NCBI GenBank assembly: GCA_964016885.1
Contig: OZ024747.1
Span: forward strand, 93,496,001 to 93,560,000
Origin: Eledone cirrhosa
Taxonomy: Eukaryota
DNA: 64,000 nt
Reading direction: 5' to 3'
Part shown: positions 12,653-25,715 of the stretch, one piece after another
How positions within the stretch are numbered: the first letter of the stretch is position 1
How the letters are laid out: each line of letters opens with the position of its first letter
Translations under genes and position numbers: made by a program
Notes under the pieces: model-generated
What the model was told of the DNA's origin: nothing
The model's database searches: none
The model's input: only the letters and a program-made list of their open reading frames with translations

Positions 12653-12847
12653 CCCTCTTCCTGCTATATCAAGCGTTAACCTAATATATACCTTCCATAT
12701 ACTGTACTGATTGTGTTGTTATTTCTGTTTACCTTTTACATATATATATATATATATGGAAAAGACAAACAGAAATAACAAAGCAAATGACACAGTACAA
12801 TGAAGAAATATATTATTACTTTTACGCTTGATATAGTAGGAAGAGGG

Positions 12848-12883
12848 TCTTAACGTTTCAGACACTAGTCCTTCATCAGAATG
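12848..12883 (-). ncRNA. Minimal hammerhead motif, degenerate copy
   Basis: Reverse complement CTGATGAAGGACTAGTGTCTGAAACGTTAAGA; one stem II substitution and a shortened stem I. Confidence 0.6.
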
Positions 12884-12934
12884 AGAAATTTAATAAGAAA
12901 TATATATATATATATATGCACACGCAAACATATA

Positions 12935-13270
12935 TCATCATCATCATTTTACGTCCGCTTTTCCCTGCTTACAAGGGTGGGACGGGAACTGATTCTGGCT
13001 TGATTTCTACAGCTGGATGCCCTTCCTAACACCAACCTCATTTACAGTGAGTGCTGGGTGCTTTTTTGCCGTGGCACCTCCACAACCACTTTGCAGTGGA
13101 ATGATAAGGACCCCCAGTCCCTATCATCTCATTTTTACAGCTGAGTAAACTGGAGCAATGTGAAATAAAGTGTCTTGCTCAAGGAAACAACACATCACCC
13201 GGTCTGAGAATTGAACTCACAACCTTTCGATTGCAAGGCCAATGCTCTAACCACTAAGCCATGTGCCTCC
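12935..13270 (-). mobile_element. Full-length tRNA-head/Meta-domain SINE with RTE-derived tail
   Basis: Reverse complement of 28600-28935; A/B-box head, CCTTGAGCAAGACACTTTA core, RTE 3' UTR tail. Confidence 0.88.
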
Positions 13271-13781
13271 ATATATATATATTTAGCAAAGTTGCACATT
13301 GAAAAAAATGTAACACGTATGATGAAAATACAGAAGCATCCATCTTCCTCATTAGCCACCCACTGGTCAATGCAATTTCTTGCATACACCCAAACATACA
13401 TACACACACCTACAAACACACACATATATACATACACCTACACACACATGTTCATACCTACGTATTATATTTCTAATTATTGGTTACATCAGAGATAGTG
13501 ACAAAACGGAGAGGAAAGAAGAAAAGTAAGAAGAGATTCACAGCAGGATTTAGTTTACGATAATAAGGTAATTGTCTGCAGGAAATATTCACTCTAATTT
13601 TCAGCTCATTAATTCTATTTTTATAACTCACTCCTTGAACAAATTTGATAGGCTATATATATATACATATATATATATATACATACATACACATACAGAG
13701 AGAGAGAGAGATTTAATGGTAAATATATCTCTTGAGTATGTATGGTTTATCCCCCCCCCCCTCTCTCTCTCTCTCACTAAT

Positions 13782-14070
13782 TAGTGTGTTCAACTCATGG
13801 TCATAAGGTTGTGAGTTCAATTCTCAGCTGTAGATTGTGTCCTTCACCATGGCATTTTATTATATGCTATTCCAGTCCTCTTGTCTAGAAAACAAAAACT
13901 GATTTGTGCTGCCTGTAATTCAAAGAGCCAGGCCTTATTAAACTGTGTCATGCTGAATCTTCCTGAGAACTACATGTGTCTGTAGAATACTCAGCTACTT
14001 GCAAGTTAATTTCACAAGCTGGCTGTTCCATTGACGAAACAACTGGAATACTCGTCGTCAAAACCATTAG
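13782..14070 (+). mobile_element. Degenerate tRNA-derived SINE (second Meta-like family)
   Basis: GGTTGTGAGTTCAATTC B-box region; TGTCATGCTGAATCTTCCTGAGAA also occurs near 29971. Confidence 0.6.
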
Positions 14071-14249
14071 AAGTCAAACAGACAAACACTCACACACACA
14101 TACACAGACATATGTGACATGCTGGCCCTTTAAATTACATGTGCAGACAATCCAACCAGCATCCAAACAGTTTTCACCTACCCAAGGCTTGGATCAATTC
14201 AAGGCCATCCATAGTAAATGACATCTTACTAAGATACCATGTGGTAGGA

Positions 14250-14466
14250 TTAACCTTTTTAGCATTTACATTACTCTAAATTTACTATTGTATTTTCATG
14301 GTAAAGGTATTATCTCACATAATATCGAATCTATGAGATTTTGATTTTATTTATTTTGAGAACAATACCTTAACATCAGTATGAGCGGCTGGTTACAGCC
14401 AGTTTGAACAGAAAGAGTTGAGAGAATTCTGGCCAGATACGGTCAGTTTAAATGCTAAAAGGTTAA
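14250..14466 (+). mobile_element. piggyBac-like TTAA MITE
   Basis: TTAA-CCTTTTTAGCATTTA ... TAAATGCTAAAAGG-TTAA termini; homologous copies at 19380-19620 and 57592-57818. Confidence 0.75.
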
Positions 14467-14987
14467 ACCCAAGGCATTATGATTGTAAAGTAAATTTCTT
14501 AACCATTTGGCCATGCTGTAACCACACTATGGATATACTCTACTAGAAATAAGGCAAGTTTGTGTGTTTAGAGGAAAGGTAAGTTGTGATGTTTTGGGTG
14601 GGTACCAAAATGCAAGGGGTTTTTTAGGGGAAGAGGGTGATTTTTTTATCCCTAATTAAAAGTTACATCAATTGAAAAGTTCAAACCAACAAAGGAGACT
14701 CTACATAGCCACTCAACTTATTAAAAACAGCAGCCAAATCTTTCTCAAATCACACTTTATCATATTAAAAATAGAGGGACACAGTGGATAATGCAGTCCT
14801 AGAATCATTCTGTTTGGGAAAAATAAGGGACATAATGGTCATGGCTGGAATGCCTTGTCCTTGTCATGTAGGCATGCTGGATTAAGGCTGACTTGGAGCA
14901 AATCAATAACATGGGAGTATTCAGCCAATGTGTCCACTATGCTAGGAATCCCTAAACATTTCAGACTATCATTTGCTTCACGGACCT

Positions 14988-15153
14988 GCAGGAGACCCAG
15001 GGCAAGATGGTTGGATAACATCCATGAGTTTGGCTGGTCTCGCTTGGGAATCAGTTGGAGATGGATGCTTCTGACAGGACCTGCTGGCAGGAGTGTTTGA
15101 GGACTCTGCCCCCACAACCCTCTCAAGAATAAGTGGGCAAAGAAGAAGAAGAG
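14988..15153 (+). mobile_element. Expander-type RTE 3' end
   Basis: RRPRARWLDNIHEFGWSRLGI in ORF 14855-15100; (GAA)n tail. Confidence 0.8.
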
Positions 15154-15608
15154 GAACTCCTTCATGGAATCATTGAACCCAGTCTTGAACAAATATAGAT
15201 ATATCAATAAACAGAATATAAAATACATCCAAGTTGTATTTTATTGTAATTTTTATGTATTTTCATTTATTATACAAATATTAGATTTTAACCCAAAAGT
15301 TCAGCCCCCCACTCAAACCCTTAGCTAGTTCCATCAGACCACTAAAGGTTAATACTGAACACTTTAGGGAGCCCTGCTCTAAGTAGTCAGTCTGCAACAA
15401 ATAACAGTCAATACAGAGACCCTAGGCAGTCAGTTGACCTGCTAGAAATAACAGACAAATCTCTGTTTAATCATACCGCACTGTCTTAGAAAAGAAAGGA
15501 CACATTCAATAATGTAATCCTAGATACATTATGTTTGAATAAAAGACATAATTGTCATAACTGAAACATCTTTGGTTATAGGTTTGATTTACCAGGGCTG
15601 GTTTAAAT

Positions 15609-15772
15609 CGGTCATAGGAAAACTGCGGCCCATGAGCCGCATGTGGCCAGTTTGGCTTTCTGAATGGCACGCCTAATTTCAAAATTGCCTTGAATTGTTT
15701 AGTAGTGCACTCCACCTTATGAAGAGCTACATCCTATGTGGTCTACTGCTTGAAAAAGATTGCCCAAGCCTG
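15609..15772. mobile_element. hAT (Charlie-like) MITE remnant
   Basis: Internal AACTGCGGCCC motif, terminus TTGCCCAAGCCTG, imperfect 8-bp flanks GTTTAAAT/GTCTAGAT. Confidence 0.55.
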
Positions 15773-15847
15773 GTCTAGATTAAACACAACAACATACTAT
15801 AAAATCGTAAAGAAACAGTTTAATATAAAATGGAGAAGTTGCCTCAC

Positions 15848-16321
15848 CTGTAGGTAACATTGTACAGTTCATGATCTCACTGAGTTCTCGTTGAGATGGG
15901 TAATTTTCAGAAAGAGAGCGGTTTTGATGAAGAGTTTCTAGTTTAGTATTCATATTGGTTCGGATTTTCTGTTGATAGTCTTGAACCTTCATCATAAGGT
16001 AATCCTTTCCTCGGATAAAAGCATCTTTGATCTTTGACCGTGACTCACTTCTGAAGGCTGATGACAGCATTCGAACCTTTGAATGAATGTGTCCAGATTG
16101 AGAGGCATCATGCAGGTAGTTTTGTGATGAACCATCATCTTGAAAAGAATCAGAACTGTAATTCTTGGCTTCATTTAATTGGTGTTGCCACAAGACAGCA
16201 GATTCCTGGGGGTAATAACCTAGCCTTTCAGCAGCATCTGTGTCTTCATAGAAGTCAATTAATTCTTCCGATAAAGAGTAAGGATACTGATAGTCAAATG
16301 GGAGTTGGTTGGTGTAGATAT
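15848..16321 (-). CDS. Internal coding exon (474 bp, phase 1-1) of an unidentified gene
   Basis: Acceptor TTTTCTTTTGTAATTTGACTCGTAG|AT; open, non-repetitive frame (D)IYTNQLPFDYQYPYSLSEELIDFYEDTDAAERLGYYPQESAVLWQHQLNE...RMLSSAFRSESRSKIKDAF...MLPT; donor ACAG|GTGAGG. Confidence 0.8.
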
Positions 16322-16367
16322 CTACGAGTCAAATTACAAAAGAAAATCAATTCAGACATTGAAGTAG

Positions 16368-16580
16368 TGATGATAATGAACATAATGGTGATGATAATGA
16401 ACATAATGGTAATGATAATGAACATAATGGTGATGATAATGAACATAATGGTGATGATAATGAACATAATGGTAATGATAACGAGGATAATTGTGATGAT
16501 AACAAGGATAATGGTGATGATAATGGTGGGGATAATGAGCATAATGGTGATAATAATGAGGATGATAGTGGGAATAATTA
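16368..16580. repeat. 21-bp minisatellite (ATGAACATAATGGTGATGATA)n, about 10 degenerate units
   Basis: Directly visible tandem units; explains the MNIMVMI-repeat ORF. Confidence 0.85.
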
Positions 16581-18409
16581 CCCCCTTGTCCAAGAACCAA
16601 ACCCATAACCTTATGATCACTGATGTTTAGAGCATAACTTAACAAAGGTTCTTACATAAAATTATACAAAAAGGCTTTTTGATAAATATAAAAACTTTAA
16701 AATAAACAGCTTATTATCACAGAACCAGGGCTGGTTTCAAGCAGTTTGATAGCAAAAGGGTTAATATAGAGTAAAAATTAATAGGCAGAAACAGAACTGA
16801 ACAGACAGAAGCAGGCCAAGACAGAAACTGTGAAAATGAGAGACAGATGAATAGATGCACACACACACAAACATACACGCACTAGCACTGACATACACAC
16901 ACACACATTCACACACACTAGCACTAATACACATACACACACACATTAACACATGCATATGCTCAGGAAGAAGGATGGAAGTAAACCAATGAAAAGTCAA
17001 ATAAGGGTAGAAATAAATCAAAGAGAGCAAGGATAAGCAAATAGCTGTTACAAAGCATAAAATAAAGTGCTTGAAATTAAAAGAAATATATTTTAAAGAC
17101 ATTTTTGGTAAGTCTTGTTTTTTTAAGGGGAAGATTATGCTTCAATGAACTGACTCCAATATATTACTAGTATTTATTTTATCAAACCACTATAAAAAGT
17201 TGTAAGATGACAAAGCAGGATTTGAAATTTTAAAAAAATGAGATGAAAAAGACTGATTAAATAGATTAAAGCATTTAGTCTGATCCTTACCATCTCTGTC
17301 TGCCATACTAGGGCATTCAACAGTAATACATTTAGATATGCTTTACATTCCATTGATGGTGTCAAATTGGCAGAGTCATTATGGCATCAGATTTATAATA
17401 CTTCTGTATTTGTTCTGGCTGACTGCACTCTGAGTTCAAATTTCATTAAGGTCAACTTTTGAGGTTGAAAAATTAAATACTAGTCCAGTACTGGGATCGA
17501 CTCTTTCACATACTATCAATCCCCACCTCTCTCTTTATCTCTCTCTGGAAGAAATCTGGAAAGTGATGGTCTCCACCAGGCTTAATATACAGTAACAACA
17601 GTGTATTTACAACTCCATCAGGAATTAAGGACCATTTTCCTTTTTTTTTCCCCTTTTACATACCATAACATCTAAAAACGCAACATATGACATGATTTAA
17701 GACAGTCAAGAGTAAATTCTGTTGTGTTGTTTCTTCCTCTGCTTCAGTGGGAAGAAAGAGTGGGAAAGTCAACAGCCTCACTTATCTGATGCCAAATGAG
17801 CCAAGAAGAAAATTATTTGGTTTTATATTTTCAAAATGGCCACCAGATTACTGGTTTATGATTGGTGTAAATAAAATCAAGAGAATAGATATTAGGGTTA
17901 GTGAGTCTCATCTGTTCATAGTGGAAAGTTTTCTTCTGTTTATACTGGCAATTGAAATACACTGTTTGGTAATCAATATTGAATGGAGACAATATAGGGT
18001 CAGAAAGGACTCTACAGTTTAGCCTATGACAACCTCTCTAGTGCTGGTGTCACAATAAAATGAACCCAATACAGTATACCCTGTAAAATATTAGTATTGG
18101 TACCATAATAAAATGTACCCAGTCTACTTTGTAAAGTGGTAGTGCTGGTGTCATGAAATAAATACACCCAGCACACTGTAAAATGGGTGGCATTATGACG
18201 AACATCCACTCATAGAAAACATGCCAAATATGGAATATAACTAACAAGATTGGTTGCTCCAACTGCTCCAACGCATCTGTCATGATCCAGGACTGTTACA
18301 ACTAATCTAACTGCATGCCTGCATGGAAATGGGACATGATGACGATGATGATGATGTTAAATACATACATACATAGCAATGAATAGTAGAAAACTGCCAG
18401 TATTAAAAT

Positions 18410-18457
<48 letters not shown>

Positions 18458-18907
18458 AGACAGATGAGAAGGTCTCACAAATAAAGCAGGTGTTAGCTTC
18501 TCCAATGTTTACTTTACACAACTCTCTTTGCATGTCTCCTGAGTCTTGTTTGCTTTGCTGATTCAGAAAATTTAATTTCACCACTCCTTCCTATGCAACA
18601 TGAAAAGCCAACTAATAAATCTATATCCTCCAGCTTAACTAGCTTATTACTGCAGCCACTCCCATCCCAACTCCCTTCCTCCACTATTCACAAACTACTT
18701 TTAGTTTTAAGACACACACACCCCCCCCCCCCCCAAAAAAAAAGAAGAAAAATGTCAGTCTTTCCTTATATCTACATACTTATCATACTTATCATAACTA
18801 AAATTGCACCAAAGACATTTTCTTTTTCTTGCTTAATCTTATTCACTGAGTGAGCCAGCAGCACATGATTCAATGAATAAAGATGTTGGTAAACTTCATA
18901 TATAAAT

Positions 18908-19122
18908 ATAATGGTTTCTGATTTAGGCACAAGGCCAGCAATTTTGGGGGAGGGGAAAGTCGATTAAATTGACCTCAGTGCATAACTGGTACTTGATTTT
19001 ATCGACCCTATAAGGATAAAAGGTAAAGCTAACCTCGGCGGGATTTAACTCAGAATGTAGAGAGCAATAAACTCTATGATGCAAAGCATGGTATCCGACG
19101 CTCTACCAATTCTGCCAATCAA
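18908..19122 (-). mobile_element. Nin-domain-type tRNA SINE
   Basis: TTTCTGATTTAGGCACAAGGCCAGCAATTTT...ATCGACCC...AACCTCGGCGGGATTT family sequence. Confidence 0.8.
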
Positions 19123-19379
19123 CACATGCTGGAATTCCCCTAGGCTTTATCATTTCATCATTTTTGTATGAATACATCAAAATGTCTAACCCAAAATGTT
19201 CCTAGTTTGGATTTAGCTTCAGTTGAATGTAAGACATTCAGGAATAAGAAGCCATCTAATGTTAACAAGAAGTAGAACCAGTATCAAAATGTTGTGTAAA
19301 TATAGATATTTACTTTTAACATATAAAGTTGATAATCTGGAATCTTTTAAAATCTACAATCTTTTGTAACTACTTCATG

Positions 19380-19736
19380 TTAACCCTTTAGTATTTACAT
19401 TACTCTATATTTACTATTATATTTTTATGGTAAAGGCTTACCTTACGTTACATAATTATAATTATAATTACCTTACCTTACATAATTATCTCACATAATA
19501 TTATTTATTTTGAGAACAATACCCTAACATCAGTATGAGTGGCCAGTTACAGCCAGTTTGAACAAAAAGAGGTGAGAGAATTCTGACCAGATACGGCCAG
19601 TTAAAATGCTAAAGAGTTAAGACATCGTTCTCAAAATAAATATCAAAATCTCATAGATTCAATATTATGTGAGGTAAAGCCTTTACCATGAAAATATAAT
19701 AGTAAATATAGAGTAATGTGAATGGTAAAGGGTTAA
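19380..19736. mobile_element. piggyBac-like MITE plus an adjacent inverted partial copy
   Basis: TTAA-CCCTTTAG ... CTAAAGAG-TTAA (19380-19620), followed by a reverse-oriented half ending in AAAGGG-TTAA at 19736. Confidence 0.75.
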
Positions 19737-20439
19737 CTGTATCAACATTGTTACAAGCTGTCGTTTTTGGGAGTTATCTCTAATAAATTATTGTATGCAT
19801 TTTCTTTTCAGACATAGCCTGTGAGTGGTTTGTTGTTGCCTTGACAAGAAGCAGTAAAGCATGAAGCCACAGAGTTTTAGAAATGGAAGCTATGGCATTT
19901 CTGTCATACCCCAGGTATATTACTGATATGCGTAAAGGAAAATAGATATAAGTAAACATAAAATAGATATAAGTAAATATAAAAAAGTGGAGTTTACTAG
20001 TTTCACCTTTGTGTCAGCTTTGATTCAGCAGACCTATGGTCAAGAACAACCAGGCCACATCCATCTGTGTGTTTTCTGTTTTATTTTGGAGGGCAAGTAC
20101 AACATTATCCAATGCTTCCTCTAATTTTTAAGACACTAGGGTGTGATTTGAGGAAATTTAGGCTGATAATTCTTCGAACAGATCATGTAACTGCACAAAA
20201 ACTTCCTTATTCACTGATTGGAGTTTAACTTCTACTCTATAATGTACATATTTAAGCATATTTAAGTAAAAACCTTCTCTATAATGTACATCTTCAGGCT
20301 ACTATCATCATCATCATCATCGTTTAACGTCCATCTTCCACGCTAGCATGGGTCTGGACGGGAATTGTCCCACTTGAGGCAAGATTGGTTGTCTTGCTCA
20401 GGAATGTCTGGCGGGTTTTCTACAGCTGGATGCCCTTCC

Positions 20440-22390
20440 TATACATTATATATACGTATATATATATATTACATATATATATAATATATATATATTATAT
20501 ATATAATATATATATATAATATATATATTATATATATATATAATATATATATATTATATAATATATATATATAATATATATGCTCTACGGTTCTTATATA
20601 TTTGATATATATTTATCCTTATCGAGCCCTCTTTGGATTTTAGTCTTCAAATTTATTATTATTACTATTATATATATATATATATATTATATATATAATA
20701 TATATTATATATATATATATATAATTGTTTCTACTTTAGGCACAAGGCCAGCAATTACCCAGTGCATTACTGGTACTTTATTTTGTCGACCCCGTAAGGA
20801 TGAAAGGCAAAGTCAACCTCGGCGGGATTTGAACTCAGATCGTAAAGAGACGTAACTATGCTGGAAAGCATGGCGTCCGACCCTCTACCGATACTGCCAA
20901 TCCACCGATATAATATATATATAATATATATATATATATAATATATATATATATATAATATATATATATAATATATATATATTATATATATATATATAAT
21001 AATATATATATTATATATATATATAATAATATATATATTATATATATATATAATAATATATATATTATATATAATATAATAATATATATATTATATATAA
21101 TATAATAATATATATAATATAATAATATATATATTATATATATATATAATAATATATATATATATAATAATATATATATTATATATATAATAATATATAT
21201 ATTATATATATAATAATATATATATTATATATATATATAATAATAATATATATATTATATATAATATATATATATTATATATATTATATATAATATATAT
21301 ATATATATTATATATATATATATATATTATATATATATATAATATATATATATATAATATATATATATATATTATATATATATATAATATATATATATAT
21401 AATATATATATTATATATAATATATATATATTATATATATATATAATATATATATATATATAATATATATATATATATAATATATATATATTATATATAT
21501 AATATAATATATATATAATATATATATATTATATATATAATATAATATATATATATATTATATATATAATATAATATATATATAATATATATATTATATA
21601 TATAATATAATATATATATATATAATATATATATATTATATATATAATATAACATATATATATAATATATATAATATATATATATAATATATATAATATA
21701 ATATATATATATAATATATATATATATAATATATATATATTATATATATAATATAACATATATATATAATATATATATATAATATATATATAATATATAT
21801 ATATTATATATATAATATAATATATATATATTATATATATAATATAATATATATATATTATATATATAATATATATATATTATATATATAATATATATAT
21901 ATTATATATGTAATATATAATATATATAATATAATATATATATATATTATATGTATTATATATATAATATATATATATATTATATTATATATTATTATAT
22001 ATATATTATATTATATATATAATATATATATATATTATATATATAATATATATATATATTATATTATATATATAATATATATATATAATATATATATATA
22101 ATATATATATTATATATATAATATAATATATTATATCATCATCATCATCATCATCATCTTCGTTTAACGTCCATTTTCCACGCTAGCATGGGTTATATAT
22201 ATATATATATAATATAATATATAATATATTATATATATAATATATTATATATATATTATATAATATAATATATATATAATATATATATTATATAATATAA
22301 TATATATATATTATATAATATAATATATATATAATATATAATATAATATATATATAATATATAATATAATATATATATAATATATAATAT

Positions 22391-22424
<34 letters not shown>

Positions 22425-22425
22425 T
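20440..22425. repeat. About 2-kb degenerate (TA)n/(TATAA)n tract interrupted by a SINE (20722-20908) and small fragments
   Basis: Almost exclusively A/T dinucleotide repeat. Confidence 0.95.
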
Positions 22426-22566
22426 AATTAGAATTGGAGCTCTGAAATAGCAATATATATATGGGTGTATATATAGTGTATTTTGCAATACACTTTATGC
22501 TTAATTAAAAGCATTTTGAAGACCGTAAGCTATTGTTTTTTAGAGTAGTGACAAATTCACTTACTT

Positions 22567-22663
22567 TGATCTCAGCAAACAGGGGAGATAAGCCGACAAG
22601 GCCTTGTTTCGCTTTTGTTGAAGCTTATCAAGGCTAACTACTCCCATCTGTCTACCGAGATCA
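22567..22663 (-). ncRNA. Type I hammerhead ribozyme (left arm copy)
   Basis: Reverse complement of 22991-23087 with one substitution in distal stem I. Confidence 0.82.
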
Positions 22664-22990
22664 CTGATGTTATATTCTTATAGAATTCTAGTAAATAATC
22701 AGGAACTGATTATGCAGAGCGGTTGTTGGTCAGGCAGAAATTAAAAATTAGAATTGGAGCTCTGAAATAGCAATATATATATGGATGTATATATAGTGTA
22801 TTTTGCAATACACTTTATGTTTAATTAAAAAAAGCATAAAGTGTATTGCAAAATACACTATATATACATCCATATATATATTGCTATTTCAGAGCTCCAA
22901 TTCTAATTTTTAATTTCTGCCTGACCAACAACCGCTCTGCATAATCAGCTCCTGATTATTTACTAGAATTCTATAAGAATATAACATCAG

Positions 22991-23087
22991 TGATCTCGGT
23001 AGACAGGTGGGAGTAGTTAGCCTTGATAAGCTTCAACAAAAGCGAAACAAGGCCTTGTCGGCTTATCTCCCCTGTTTGCTGAGATCA
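22991..23087 (+). ncRNA. Type I hammerhead ribozyme with extended stem I and U3-A8 core
   Basis: AGCC-TTGATAA-GCTT[CAACAA]AAGC-GAA-ACAAGGCCTTGT-C^GGCT. Stem I extends as TGATCTCGGTAGACAGG..GGAG / CTCC.CCTGTTTGCTGAGATCA with an internal loop. Confidence 0.85.
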
Positions 23088-23341
23088 AAGTAAGTGAATT
23101 TGTCACTACTCTAAAAAACAATAGCTTACGGTCTTCAAAATGCTTTTAATTAAGCATAAAGTGTATTGCAAAATACACTATATATATATATATATATTGA
23201 GTATGTGTTGGTTGTTTACCGACACCTCAGTATGCAGGTTGGAGCACTCGACGAAGTACGCAGGTTGGTTTGTTTAGTCTGGAGTAATGTAAAATAAGTA
23301 AGTCAAACATGTTAAATTTGGCTTCGTTTATTATAAATTCT

Positions 23342-23394
23342 CTGCTATATATATTTCAGTGATAGCTATTATTGGATGTGACCTCATCAGGCAG
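23342..23394 (-). ncRNA. Minimal hammerhead motif in a TA-flanked PLE-like fragment (about 23198-23503)
   Basis: Minus strand: CTGC-CTGATGA-GGT...ACT-GAAA-TATATA-TA^GCAG, with AATAAA shortly after; stem II is weak. Confidence 0.6.
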
Positions 23395-23502
23395 TACAAA
23401 TTAATTTAGAAAAAACAGGTAAACATGGTTTTGAAATGTGTTCCGCTCTGTCAATTCATCGATATGTCCAGCTCCTGGGTGTGCTGTTAGTCCTCCGAGG
23501 AC

Positions 23503-23534
<32 letters not shown>

Positions 23535-23644
23535 TATAATATATATATACATAATATAATATACATATATATTATATCTATAACATATATACATATATAT
23601 TATATATATAACATATATACATATTTATTAAAATATACATATAT

Positions 23645-23982
23645 ATCATCATCATCATCATTTTACGTCCGCTTTTCTCTGCTTGCAAGGGTGGGACGGG
23701 AACTGATTCTGGCTTGATTTCTACAGCTGGATGCCCTTCCTAACACCAACCTCATTTACAGTGAGTGCTGGGTGCTTTTTTGCCGTGGCAGCTCAGCGAC
23801 CACTTTGCAGTGGAATGATAGGGACCCCAGTCCCTATCATCTCATTTCTACAGCTGAGTAAACTGGAGCAATGTGAAATAAAGTGTCTTGCTCAAGGAAA
23901 AACACATCACTTGATCTGAGAATTGAACTCACAACCTTTCGATTGCAAGGCCAATACTCTAACCACTAAGCCATGTGCCTCC
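23645..23982 (-). mobile_element. Full-length tRNA-head/Meta-domain SINE with RTE tail
   Basis: Near-identical to 12935-13270. Confidence 0.88.
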
Positions 23983-24001
23983 ATATTTATACATATTTAT
24001 T

Positions 24002-24138
<137 letters not shown>

Positions 24139-24327
24139 TATACATATATATATATATATATATTATACATATATATATATATATACATATACATATATGT
24201 ATACATATATATATATATACATATACATATATATATATATACGTATATGTATACATATATATATATACATATATTGTCCCACCCTTGCAAGCAGGGAAGA
24301 GCAGACGTATGATCATGATGATGATGA

Positions 24328-24383
<56 letters not shown>

Positions 24384-25284
24384 TTCTCTGTATATTTTTT
24401 ACACATATTTCAGAAACTTTTTTCTTAATTATTTACATGGATTTTTGCTGTATTGGAGGTAGACAGGAAGATTATACAGTAGTTTCTTTCTGTCTTGTGG
24501 GTGATTCTATTGTTGGCAAAACTAGTCGTATGAGAACAGAGGAAGAAGTTTTAGCATTGGATAATGTAAAGGTGGAATACCAGGTGATTAATTCAATACT
24601 GTTATGTGGGAACATGGGACTTAATAAACTTAAGTCCTCCCACTCACACTGTTTACAGATGGAATTAGTCACAAACGTAAATGTATGATTCTTGTTTTAA
24701 TGCTATGTCTATGTGCCATATAACGGGAAGGACAGATGATAGAATAATAGATTTAAACTAAAACTAGGTAGGTGACGTGTTTGGTTACCCCAGTTAACAC
24801 TCATTTAATGATACAGGAAATTCTGTTGTACAGAATTCAGAATTCATCTAATAGGTTTCTATTAATGACTCACAATTTTAACCTTTTATATGTCCTAATC
24901 TCAAACTCAAACTGAAATATGATAAAATTATGATCATTCACATAATATATCCACTTGTTGTCCAGGATCTGTTCTCCCTGTGTTATAAAGTCAACCAAAT
25001 ATTACATGTAACAGTTAAAATATAGAATAATGCAACATATTACAGATGTGATTTAGTGAATAGATAGAACGCAGAATAATATATATTAGTACAATGGTTA
25101 ATTGGTGAATCAACATTATAACAGAGAAATGGGGTTAGCCTAATGTGTGTCTAAAACTTAGTGTAGTAAATTTATTTATCAGTACAATAGTGACTCATTG
25201 TAATACATCAATGTATTATAACTGCAGTGTTTATTTTGTGAATTGGTATAACACAGTACAGTAGTTAAGTATCTAAAGTCTGTC

Positions 25285-25715
25285 TTAAGCCAGAAGGCTC
25301 GTAAGGCTGGAGCTTATTCTGGTTCCATGGCATGAAGCAACTGAGAGAACAAGACTCTGCCCTGGACAGAACGCCAGTCCATCACAGGGTTAAAACCCCA
25401 TATATTGCTGGTACTCATTTTCAGCTGAGTATACTGGAGCAACGTGAAATAAAGTGTTTTACTCAAGAACACAACATGCAACTTAGCCCAGGAATCAAAC
25501 CCACGACATTATGATTGTAAGTCCAACACCCTTAACACTAGGCCACGTATCTCCACTACTGTTGCTCCAGTATACTCAGCTGAAAATGAGTACCAGCAAT
25601 GGCTGGGAGTTTAACCTTGTGATGGACTGGTGTCCTGTCCAGGGGGGGTCTTGTACTATCAGTCGCTTCACAACATGAAACCGGGATAAGCACCAGCCTA
25701 AACAGACTTTAGAGT
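25285..25715. mobile_element. Two inverted copies of a tRNA/Meta-type SINE
   Basis: Minus copy about 25285-25556, plus copy about 25560-25715; ATTGCTGGTACTCATTTTCAGCTGAGTATACTGGAGCAAC is the exact reverse complement of 25561-25600. Confidence 0.8.

Larger units (their letters stand above)
12605..12888. mobile_element. Inverted pair of Penelope-like terminal-repeat fragments
   Basis: 12605-12740 and about 12757-12888 are diverged reverse complements separated by (TA)n; each has a hammerhead; a third copy lies at 36820-36950. Confidence 0.8.
22426..23185. mobile_element. Palindromic dimer of a 320-nt hammerhead-containing monomer (retrozyme/PLE-dependent non-autonomous element)
   Basis: GAATTGGAGC at 22431 and 22751, and GCATAAAGTGTATTGC at 22834 and 23154, both give a period of 320. 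The arms are reverse complements with very few mismatches around an axis near 22827. Confidence 0.85.

Noticed and set aside
16061-16630. 189-aa plus-strand ORF
   Set aside because: It is the antisense of the likely real exon plus the 21-bp minisatellite.
20595-20655. Minus-strand TTGAAGA...ATCC/GGAT...AAATATATATC as a hammerhead
   Set aside because: The GAAA box is broken and stem I is absent; possibly a dead remnant, so it was not counted.
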